A stretch of 64,000 nucleotides of DNA from Gemmatimonadaceae bacterium (GTDB taxonomy: Bacteria > Gemmatimonadota > Gemmatimonadetes > Gemmatimonadales > Gemmatimonadaceae), in assembly GCA_035553215.1 (NCBI GenBank), contig DATNDS010000052.1, positions 17,786-81,785 on the forward strand, given 5' to 3'. The position numbers were made by a program, and so were the translations under genes. The notes below the pieces were generated by a model. It saw only the letters and a program-made list of their open reading frames with translations. It was not told the origin of the DNA and ran no database searches. Positions 49,490 through 57,076 of the stretch are shown here, one piece after another. How positions within the stretch are numbered: position 1 is the first letter of the stretch; each line of letters opens with the position of its first letter.

Positions 49490-50546
49490 AGAAGCCCGAG
49501 CCGCCGCGGCGCGTCTGGCGCAGCAGGATGCCGAGGAACACCGGCGCGCCGACCACCGCCGTAATGATGCCAATGGGCAGCTCCGCCGGCGGGATGATCA
49601 CGCGAGCGACAATGTCGATGACCTCCATGAGCACGGCGCCGAGAAGCGCCGACGCCGGCAGCAGGAAGTTGTAGTCTGCCGATTTCATCATGCGCAGCAC
49701 GTGTGGAATGACCAGTCCCACGAAGGCAATGACACCGACCATGGCGGTGGCCACCGCCACCATGATCGTGTTCACCACGAGCAGCCACAGAATGAGCCGT
49801 CGCGGATTCACCCCGAGATACGCGGCCTCGTTCTCCCCGAGCATGAGGGCGTTCAGCGCCTTGCCGTAGCGCAGCGCCCAGATGAAGCTCAGGCCGAAGA
49901 ACACACCAATCAGCTCGACGCCCCGCCAGTCTGCCGTGGTGAAAGTGCCCAGATTCCAGAAGGTGATGTTGCGGGCCTGCGGATCACGCGCGATGTACGA
50001 CAGGAATCCCGTGCCGGCGCCGCACACCGCGTTCACCGCGATGCCGGCCAGCAGCAGCGTGAACACGTTCACCTTGCCAAACGAGGTGGACAACCGATGG
50101 ACGAGCATCGTCGCGGCGAATCCCACGATGAAGGCCGCAACCGGCACCGCGAATGAGCCGAGTGGATGGGTGAAGGCGAGCGCCGTGCCGCTGCCGAACA
50201 CGAACACCAGCGCCGCACCCAGTGCCGCGCCCGCCGATGTGCCGACAAGCCCCGGCTCGACGATCGGATTCCGGAACAGCCCCTGCATGAGCGTGCCCGA
50301 CACGCCGAGCACCGCGCCGGTGAGACCCGCCACGAACACCCGGGGCAGCCGCAGTCCGAGCAGCACGTTCCGGCCCAGCGTATCGCCGGGGACGGCCGGG
50401 AGCCATCCCGCGGCCTGACCCAGATAGCGCACCATCTGTGCGGGCGTGAACGAGAAGGCGCCTATGGCCGCCGATGCCACAATCGCGATCACCAGCAGCA
50501 CGCCGAGCAGCCAGTACGTCTGCCTGAACGAGAGATGCTTCAGCAT
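49482..50546 (-). CDS. FecCD-family ABC permease (HmuU/BtuC type)
   Basis: About 10 TM helices, with RLPRV and FecCD-type conserved Gly-rich segments. Confidence 0.85.
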   Translation of the reverse strand: MLKHLSFRQTYWLLGVLLVIAIVASAAIGAFSFTPAQMVRYLGQAAGWLPAVPGDTLGRNVLLGLRLPRVFVAGLTGAVLGVSGTLMQGLFRNPIVEPGLVGTSAGAALGAALVFVFGSGTALAFTHPLGSFAVPVAAFIVGFAATMLVHRLSTSFGKVNVFTLLLAGIAVNAVCGAGTGFLSYIARDPQARNITFWNLGTFTTADWRGVELIGVFFGLSFIWALRYGKALNALMLGENEAAYLGVNPRRLILWLLVVNTIMVAVATAMVGVIAFVGLVIPHVLRMMKSADYNFLLPASALLGAVLMEVIDIVARVIIPPAELPIGIITAVVGAPVFLGILLRQTRRGGSGFYG

Positions 50547-50547
50547 C

Positions 50548-51426
50548 TCACGGATGCAGCATCGCGGCGATCTTCTTCACGGTGGCCGGGGTGCGCGGCC
50601 CGAAGTACATGACCTCCTGTTCGGTGATGCGGTAGATGCGTCCCGACCTGCCCGCCGGCGTGAGGGAGATGCCTGGCATGGCGGCGAACTTCTTCGCGTC
50701 GCCGTAGCGATCGAATCCCACCTCGGTCGCGATGATCACATCGGGTGCGGCGCGCGCGATCAACTCGGGCGTGATTCGCGTCATGCCGCCAAGCGAGTCC
50801 ATGGCGTTCTCACCGCCGGCCCAGCGGATCATCTGATCAGCCGGACTGCCGCGGTTCACCGCCAGATAATTGTTGATGATCTGGCCGAAGTGCATGAGCA
50901 GGACGCGCGGACGTCGCTGGCTGTTCCAGCGAGCGGTGTCCGCCCACACGGCGCTCATCCCTGTCTTCCACTGCGCGAGAACGCTGTCAGCCGAGCGCTC
51001 GCGGTGGAAGTACCGCCCGAGATTCGTGAGCAGCATCTCGGCGCTGTCGAGCGTCCCGCCCGGTCGCATCACCTCGATCGGGATGCCCACCGCGCGCAGT
51101 TGCTGCAGCACGGCGTCAGGCCCGACGTTGCCATCCGTCAGAAAGAGCGTCGGCCGCATGGAGATGATTCCCTCCGCGCTCAACGCGCGGTGGTATCCCA
51201 CGGTGGGGAGCGTCCTGATCTGCGGCGGATAGATCGATGTGAGATCCACGGCGACGAGATCACTCTGGCCGCCGATGGCGTAAAGAAATTCGTTGATCTG
51301 CTTGGACACGCTGACCACGCGGCTGTGTTGCGCCGCGCGTGTGGAGCGGTCGGCGAAGCGGCCGCACGCGGCGACTGCGCACACCGCACACAGCGCCAGG
51401 GAAACGGCTCGGGGCAATCGAGGCAT
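50548..51426 (-). CDS. periplasmic substrate-binding protein (HmuT/BtuF type)
   Basis: Lipoprotein-like N-terminus MPRLPRAVSLALCAVCAVAAC and a cluster-A binding-protein layout. First gene of the three-gene importer. Confidence 0.75.
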   Translation of the reverse strand: MPRLPRAVSLALCAVCAVAACGRFADRSTRAAQHSRVVSVSKQINEFLYAIGGQSDLVAVDLTSIYPPQIRTLPTVGYHRALSAEGIISMRPTLFLTDGNVGPDAVLQQLRAVGIPIEVMRPGGTLDSAEMLLTNLGRYFHRERSADSVLAQWKTGMSAVWADTARWNSQRRPRVLLMHFGQIINNYLAVNRGSPADQMIRWAGGENAMDSLGGMTRITPELIARAAPDVIIATEVGFDRYGDAKKFAAMPGISLTPAGRSGRIYRITEQEVMYFGPRTPATVKKIAAMLHP

Positions 51427-51649
51427 GATGCGAGTCGATGGGAGCACGGGTGGTCCGCGGACACGGTGCACCAGCCACGCGGCTCCGGGAAGGCTGTGAA
51501 ATCTACGCGTCACGCGACTGCACTGTTGGCGGCTGGCGGCCAAACCGGCAGGAACGCCAGCAGGAACATAACGTCACAGTGCGCCGTGACATTCGCGCCC
51601 GGAGAATCGTCCGTGTCGTATGGCAGTGGCGATCGAACCCGGGAGATGA

Positions 51650-52687
51650 ATGCTGATCGGCAGCCGGAATGCGCCTCCGGGCGAGGATGCCGAGCGGCTT
51701 GCCGCGCGCGCACGCGAGTTCGCGCGCGAAGGCTCGGTGTGCGAGGCGGTCGTGTCGCTCGACATGGCGCTCGGACTGCTCCAGGGTGCGCCCGTGGGTC
51801 CGCTGCACGCCGACCTGCTGCGCCAGAAGGGCGTGCTGCTCCGGGACATTGGCGAGACGTCCATTGCCGCGGCGCTGCTCAAGCGCAGCATGGACATCGC
51901 GCAGTACGTCCGGTCGGAACGGGGCGTGGCGCTGGCCCAGTACGAGATGGCGCTGGTCCTCGAGCGTCGTGGTGACATTGCCGGTGCGCGGCGCTTGCTC
52001 GACGATGCGGCGGCTTCCGCAGTCGCCGCGGCGGATCAGCCACTGCATGCGGCCATCGCATCCAGCCTGGGCGAGCTGGCCGCCATCCGCGGCGACACAT
52101 CGGATGCCCAGGCGCGCTATCAGCGCAGCCTCTCCGACTCTCGCGCCGCGGGCGACGAGACCGGCATGGGGGTCGCGCTCACCGGATTGGGACGTCTCTA
52201 CATCGACATGCATCGGCTCGTTGACGCGGAGCAGAGCCTCGAGCAGGGGCAGAAGCTGGCGCGCGGCAAGGGCGATCTCTACATGGAAGCGCTGATTCAC
52301 ATCGGGACCGCCGAGCTGATGATCGCCAGCGGCCGGTTCGACGAAGCTGAGCGCGAGTGCGCACAGCTCCTCGCGATTGCCCGGCGCCGCGGCGACCGGC
52401 TGCGTCGCGCCCAGGCGCTCCGGCTCTACGGCATGATTGCCGAGCACCGGGCAGAGCTGACGGAAGCGGCCGACAAACTCGAGGAGGCCCGAGAACTCGC
52501 CACGCAGGGCGAAGACGCCCATCTCGCGGCACAGGTCCTTCGCGAACTGGGCGAAGTATCCCGGCGCCGCGGCGAGATCGAGCGGGCACGGACAGCCTGG
52601 CAGCAGGCGCTGGTTGCATTTCAGCGGCTGGGCGCGGCATCCGACGCCGGCGACCTCCAGCGTCGCCTCTCGGCTCTCGCCGCCTGA
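51650..52687 (+). CDS. tetratricopeptide-repeat (TPR) protein
   Basis: Repeated about 40-aa units of the form A.ALxxLG.lyxxxGdxxxA...yxxsL are visible throughout. Confidence 0.7.
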   Translation: MLIGSRNAPPGEDAERLAARAREFAREGSVCEAVVSLDMALGLLQGAPVGPLHADLLRQKGVLLRDIGETSIAAALLKRSMDIAQYVRSERGVALAQYEMALVLERRGDIAGARRLLDDAAASAVAAADQPLHAAIASSLGELAAIRGDTSDAQARYQRSLSDSRAAGDETGMGVALTGLGRLYIDMHRLVDAEQSLEQGQKLARGKGDLYMEALIHIGTAELMIASGRFDEAERECAQLLAIARRRGDRLRRAQALRLYGMIAEHRAELTEAADKLEEARELATQGEDAHLAAQVLRELGEVSRRRGEIERARTAWQQALVAFQRLGAASDAGDLQRRLSALAA

Positions 52688-52723
52688 CTATCTGATGTCA
52701 CTCCATCCTCGCCCACGGCTCTC

Positions 52724-53896
52724 ATGGCGCTAGAACGAACCAGAAATGGCGGCTCCGAGCTGCCCTCCCGACCCGACCATCTCGCGCGGACTCCGGCGGC
52801 CGGATCGTCCGCGGTCATCCCGCCCCTGTCAGCCGCGTTGAACGGCCAGGATTCGCCCGGCTCCGTGGCGCTCCCGGCGGGAGACTCCTCCGGCAGCCCG
52901 GAAAGTTCCGTGGGCCTGGAGAACATCGTCGGCGTGAGTGATGCACTGCGCGAGGCGCTGCGACATGCGCGCAAGGCCGCGGCCAGCAGGCTCACCACCG
53001 TGCTGATCGTGGGAGAGACCGGCACCGGCAAGGAACTGTTCGCGCGAGGGATTCACTACGCCAGCCCGGCCCGCGGCGACCCGTTCATGGCCGTGAACTG
53101 CGCGGCGATTCCTGAAGCGCTGCTCGAGTCCGAGCTGTTCGGTCACGAGCGCGGTGCATTCAGCGACGCCCGCGGTCAGAAGCGCGGTCTGCTCGAACTC
53201 GCGGGCACGGGGACGGTGTTCCTCGATGAGATCGGCGAACTGCCGCGCCGCCTCCAACCCAAGCTGCTGCGCGCGCTCGAAAACCGGCGACTGCAGCGAC
53301 TGGGCGGTCTGGAGGACGTCTCCATTCACTGCCGCGTCATTGCCGCGTCGAACACCGGGCTGAGCGAAGCGATGCAGCGCGACGAATTCCGCGAGGACCT
53401 TTACTACCGGCTCAACGTCTTCCGGATCGTGCTGCCCCCGCTGCGCGACCGCGAGGGCGATGTGGAGCTGCTGGCGCGGCACTTTCTGGGCGAGCTGGCG
53501 AGACAGCAGGGCATGGAGGCGAAGACGCTGAGCGCCGACGCCATTGCGGTCCTGCAGGCGCACGCCTGGCCCGGCAACATCCGCGAACTCAAGAACGTCA
53601 TCGAGCATGCCGCCATCCTGAGCGAAGGCGATACCATTGACGCGGCCCGGCTCATGCTCCAGAAGCGTATGGCGCTGTCCGGGACCAGCGCCCCCGGTCC
53701 CATTCGGGAAATTCACATTCCCCCGGAGGGACGGTCGCTGGCGGACGTGGAAAAGGACGCGGTGCGCTTCATGCTGGAAATCACCAGGGGGAACCGCAGC
53801 GCCGCGGCGCGGATACTTGGCATCTCGCGCCCCACCCTCGCGCGCAAGATTCGCGAATACGGAATCGTCGTTCCGGCGCCCGGACGCGACACGTGA
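52724..53896 (+). CDS. sigma-54-interaction-domain (AAA+ EBP) Fis-family regulator without sensor domain
   Basis: Walker A GETGTGKE, Walker B VFLDEIGEL and C-terminal HTH AAARILGISRPTLARKIREYGI. The GAFTGA loop reads GAFSDA (53153-53170). Confidence 0.9.
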   Translation: MALERTRNGGSELPSRPDHLARTPAAGSSAVIPPLSAALNGQDSPGSVALPAGDSSGSPESSVGLENIVGVSDALREALRHARKAAASRLTTVLIVGETGTGKELFARGIHYASPARGDPFMAVNCAAIPEALLESELFGHERGAFSDARGQKRGLLELAGTGTVFLDEIGELPRRLQPKLLRALENRRLQRLGGLEDVSIHCRVIAASNTGLSEAMQRDEFREDLYYRLNVFRIVLPPLRDREGDVELLARHFLGELARQQGMEAKTLSADAIAVLQAHAWPGNIRELKNVIEHAAILSEGDTIDAARLMLQKRMALSGTSAPGPIREIHIPPEGRSLADVEKDAVRFMLEITRGNRSAAARILGISRPTLARKIREYGIVVPAPGRDT

Positions 53897-53930
53897 CGGA
53901 CGTGCCTGTTCCGCGGGAGCATGACGGAGC

Positions 53931-54890
53931 ATGAGCATCACGCAGTTGAAGATCCTGGCCATTTCGACAGACGCGGAGGACGTGCGCCACGTGCACGAGA
54001 TACTGGCGAACGACCCGTCGCACGAGATCGAGCTGCACGATGCGCGGATCCTCAAGCAGGCGCTGCGTCAACTGCGCGAGACCCGTTTCGATGCGGTGCT
54101 CCTGCATCTCCCGGCCGGCCGCGACTCCTCACTGAGTGCGCTCGGCACGTTGCTCGAGCACACGAGCGGCATTCCGGTCGTCGTACTCACCGAGCGCGAC
54201 GACGAGGAGCTCGCCGTGCTGGCACTGAAGGCGGGAGCACAGGACGCACTGAGCAGGGAGTCGCTCGATGGCGGACTGGTGGCGCGCGCCATCCGATTCG
54301 CGATCGAACGGCACCAGCTGCACGTGGCGCTGCAGGCCATGGCGCTGCTCGATGACCTGACGGGTCTGTACAACCGGCGCGGCTTCCAGACACTCGGCAA
54401 ACAGCAGATGAAAATCGCGGATCGCACGCGGAAGCGCCTGTCGCATCTGTTTGTCGACGTGGACGGCCTGAAGAGCATCAACGACCGGTTCGGGCATCGC
54501 GAGGGAGACCTGATGCTGCTCGAAACCGCGGAGCTGCTGCGCAGCACCTTTCGCGAATCGGATCTCATCGCGCGCATCGGCGGCGACGAATTCGTGGTGC
54601 TCGCCATGGATGTCGGCAGCCCGTCGCAGGACCAATGGACGGCGCGACTCGAGGAGCAGTTGCGCAGCCACAACGCGCGTCCCGGCCGGCGCTATCCGCT
54701 GTCGCTGAGCCTCGGCTTCGCCTACTACGACCCGGCGTTTCCCTGCGCGCTCAGCGATCTGCTGGACCGCGCCGATACGTTGATGTACGAGCAGAAACGC
54801 GGCAAACGAAGGCTCTCACCACTGGGCGGCGTCGCTGCACGGCGCACACCCTCACGCGGCGTACGCCGGGATGTGAAGCGGGCGGATTGA
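53931..54890 (+). CDS. receiver-like domain + GGDEF diguanylate cyclase
   Basis: RIGGDEFVVL active site with RESD at the I-site position. The N-terminal CheY-like fold has His (54105-54107) where the phospho-Asp is expected. Confidence 0.9.
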   Translation: MSITQLKILAISTDAEDVRHVHEILANDPSHEIELHDARILKQALRQLRETRFDAVLLHLPAGRDSSLSALGTLLEHTSGIPVVVLTERDDEELAVLALKAGAQDALSRESLDGGLVARAIRFAIERHQLHVALQAMALLDDLTGLYNRRGFQTLGKQQMKIADRTRKRLSHLFVDVDGLKSINDRFGHREGDLMLLETAELLRSTFRESDLIARIGGDEFVVLAMDVGSPSQDQWTARLEEQLRSHNARPGRRYPLSLSLGFAYYDPAFPCALSDLLDRADTLMYEQKRGKRRLSPLGGVAARRTPSRGVRRDVKRAD

Positions 54891-54918
54891 CGCTCCCACT
54901 CCCCACCACCCTCCCCCT

Positions 54919-55055
54919 GGGAATCGGCAATCGGGAATGGGGAATCGTTGGGAATGGGGAATGGGGAGGCCGATTTCCTGCTGTTGATGAAATCGGGGGG
55001 CGGCGGGAGGGGGCGGATTGCCTTATCGATTCCCCATTCCCGATTGCCGATTCCC
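54919..55055. repeat. perfect 29-bp inverted repeat pair of the ATTCCCC/ATTGCCG family with 79-bp spacer
   Basis: gggaatcggcaatcgggaatggggaatcg (54919-54947) is the exact reverse complement of cgattccccattcccgattgccgattccc (55027-55055). The spacer contains its own hairpin, ccgatttc...gaaatcgg. Confidence 0.85.
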
Positions 55056-55094
55056 AGGTTCAACCGACTCTGACCCCATTGGTCGCCCAACGAA

Positions 55095-55237
55095 GACAGG
55101 ATTTCAGGATTGACGGGATTAACAGGATTGTTGGGAGCCGAGCCCCAACGCTTCAGTGAGTTCGCTGAACGACGGCCAATGCTTTTGGAACGGCACCGTG
55201 AGAATCCTGTAAATCCCGTCCATCCTGAAATCCTGTC
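55095..55237. repeat. MITE-like / structured repeat element, copy 2
   Basis: Terminal inverted repeats of about 35 bp. gacaggatttcaggat (55095-55110) pairs perfectly with atcctgaaatcctgtc (55222-55237). gacgggattaacaggatt pairs with aatcctgtaaatcccgtc at 17/18 positions. Confidence 0.7.
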
Positions 55238-55320
55238 TCGCTTTCATAGCTGGTTAAGCCACGGTCGCTGGTGCCTGGTCGCCGCCAGCTGATGAAAATC
55301 AATCGACTCTGACCCTTTTG

Positions 55321-55461
55321 ATCCGGCAATCGGCAATCGAAAATGGGGAATAGGGGTGGCCGTCCACCCCCATTCCCCATTCCCCATTCCCACGATTCCC
55401 CATTCCCGTTTGCCGATTCCCACGGGCGCGGCGGAAGGGCGGGGAGCGATTCCCACGGGCG
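55321..55461. repeat. ATTCCCC/ATTGCCG heptamer repeat block upstream of nadB
   Basis: ggcaatcggcaatcgaaaatggggaataggggtgg-ccgt-ccacccccattccccattccccattccc... forms a 17/18-bp hairpin. The block contains the exact 27-mer shared with 22087-22113, and GATTCCCACGGGCG occurs twice. Confidence 0.8.
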
Positions 55462-55519
55462 GGGCGGCCGGGAGAGGCAAAGCCTGCCCGCCACCCATCC
55501 TTCCCCCTACATTTCCACC

Positions 55520-57076
55520 ATGGCAACACGAACCCGCACCCGCTTCCTCATCATCGGCAGCGGTGTCGCCGGCCTTCACACCGCATGGCGCGCGGCCGAG
55601 CATGGCGATGTCTTGCTGCTCACCAAGCGCACGCTGTTCGACAGCAGCACCGCATACGCGCAGGGTGGCATCGCTGCCGCGCTCGGCGCGGGCGATTCAC
55701 CCGAACTGCACCGCCGCGACACGCTCGCGGCCGGCGACGCGCTCTGCGACAGCGCCGCCGTGGACGTGCTCGTCAATGAAGGGCCCGCGCGCGTGCGCGA
55801 ACTGTTCGCTGCCGGCGCCCACTTCGATCTCGACCCGGGCGGCGCCTTCACCCTGGGCCGCGAGGCCGCACACTCCGCCGCGCGCATCGTCCACGCCAAT
55901 GGCGACCGCACCGGCGCCGAGGTCGCCAGCACACTCATCAAGCGTGTCCGCGCCACGAGCCGGGTCAAGGTGCTCGAGCGCTCGCGCGCCCTGGACCTCA
56001 TCGTGCACGACGGCGCCTGCGTAGGTGCGCGCGTGAGTCGCGAAGGCGCGGCGGTCGAAATTCTCGCCGACGCCACCGTCCTCGCCACCGGCGGATGCGG
56101 GCAGGTCTATCGCTACACCACCAATCCGCAGGTGGCCACCGGGGATGGCTTCGCGCTCGCGCACCGCGCCGGTGTCGAGCTGGGCGACATGGAGTTCGTG
56201 CAGTTTCACCCCACCGCGCTCGACACACCGGAAACGCCGCTCAAGCTCATCTCCGAAGCGGTGCGCGGCGAGGGCGCCATCCTCGTGAACGATCGCGGCG
56301 AACGCTTCATGGTCGGACGGCACGAGCTCGCGGAGCTCGCGCCTCGTGATGTCGTCGCGCGCGAGGTGTTTCGCGAGCGGCACGATGGCCACACGGTCTA
56401 TCTCGATGCCACCGCCACGGGCGCCGAATTCGCCGAGCGCTTCCCCGGCATCTTCGCGATCTGCATGGCGCGCGGCATCGACCCGCGCACGGAGCGCATT
56501 CCAGTCACGCCCGCCGCGCACTACATGATGGGCGGCGTCGTCACCGATCTCGCCGGCCGCTCCAGCGCACCGCGCCTCTATGCCTGCGGCGAGGTCGCCA
56601 ACACCGGCGTGCACGGTGCCAACCGTCTCGCGTCGAACTCGCTCCTCGAAGGACTGGTGTTCGCCGAGCGCGTCGCCCGCGACATGGCGGGCGTGACACC
56701 GCTCACCGCGGAACCACCGCTCGGCACCTGGCGTGTCCCGCTGCTCCGCGATCGCGGTGCGGCGCAGGTCGCCGCCACCGCCGTGCGCGATACCATGTGG
56801 GAACACGCTGGCATCGCGCGGGCCGAATCCGGACTGCGCACCTGCCTCGCCGATCTCGACGCAATCGAGGCGCGCCTCCCCGAAGGCGCTACCGAAGAAG
56901 CGAATCTCGTCGACACCGGCCGCCTCATCGTGCGCTCCGCCCTCATGCGCGACGAATCCCGCGGCGGCCACTTTCGCAGCGACTATCCGCAACCCGAGCG
57001 CGATTGGGCCGGGCTGCACATCCGCGTCGTCTCGCACCAGGACAGGGCGAGCGCCGCCGCGCACACCGAACCGTGA
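55520..57076 (+). CDS. nadB: L-aspartate oxidase
   Basis: FLIIGSGVAGL FAD motif, then YAQGGIAAA, HPTAL, RGEGA, GGV.TD and NRLASNSLLEGLVF. Confidence 0.93.
   Translation: MATRTRTRFLIIGSGVAGLHTAWRAAEHGDVLLLTKRTLFDSSTAYAQGGIAAALGAGDSPELHRRDTLAAGDALCDSAAVDVLVNEGPARVRELFAAGAHFDLDPGGAFTLGREAAHSAARIVHANGDRTGAEVASTLIKRVRATSRVKVLERSRALDLIVHDGACVGARVSREGAAVEILADATVLATGGCGQVYRYTTNPQVATGDGFALAHRAGVELGDMEFVQFHPTALDTPETPLKLISEAVRGEGAILVNDRGERFMVGRHELAELAPRDVVAREVFRERHDGHTVYLDATATGAEFAERFPGIFAICMARGIDPRTERIPVTPAAHYMMGGVVTDLAGRSSAPRLYACGEVANTGVHGANRLASNSLLEGLVFAERVARDMAGVTPLTAEPPLGTWRVPLLRDRGAAQVAATAVRDTMWEHAGIARAESGLRTCLADLDAIEARLPEGATEEANLVDTGRLIVRSALMRDESRGGHFRSDYPQPERDWAGLHIRVVSHQDRASAAAHTEP

Noticed and set aside
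51427-51649. Possible cobalamin riboswitch, or Fur-type operator, in the leader of the HmuT/BtuF-type importer. The minus strand contains GCCACTG and GCGCACTGT, and there is a GTCAC-N8-GTGAC inverted repeat at ~51573-51590.
   Set aside because: I found no convincing B12 box (AGCCAGGAGACCTGCC-like) at the right distance and no AT-rich Fur box. The similarities are short and could be chance. cmsearch with RF00174 would settle it.
54725-55494. ORFs drawn through the repeat nest (54725..55090, 55110..55292, 55153..55494, 55244..55603, 55299..55529).
   Set aside because: Their products are just translated repeats (GIGNREWGI, PIPHSPFP, etc.). They overlap each other on both strands and lack ribosome-binding sites.
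55421-55519. Possible NAD+-sensing (nadA-motif-like) riboswitch upstream of nadB, suggested by the tandem GATTCCCACGGGCG motif and C-rich boxes.
   Set aside because: The same repeat units occur upstream of unrelated genes (HD hydrolase, GT9) and downstream of others. I could not match the conserved nadA-motif nucleotides from memory. A cmsearch against Rfam would be decisive.
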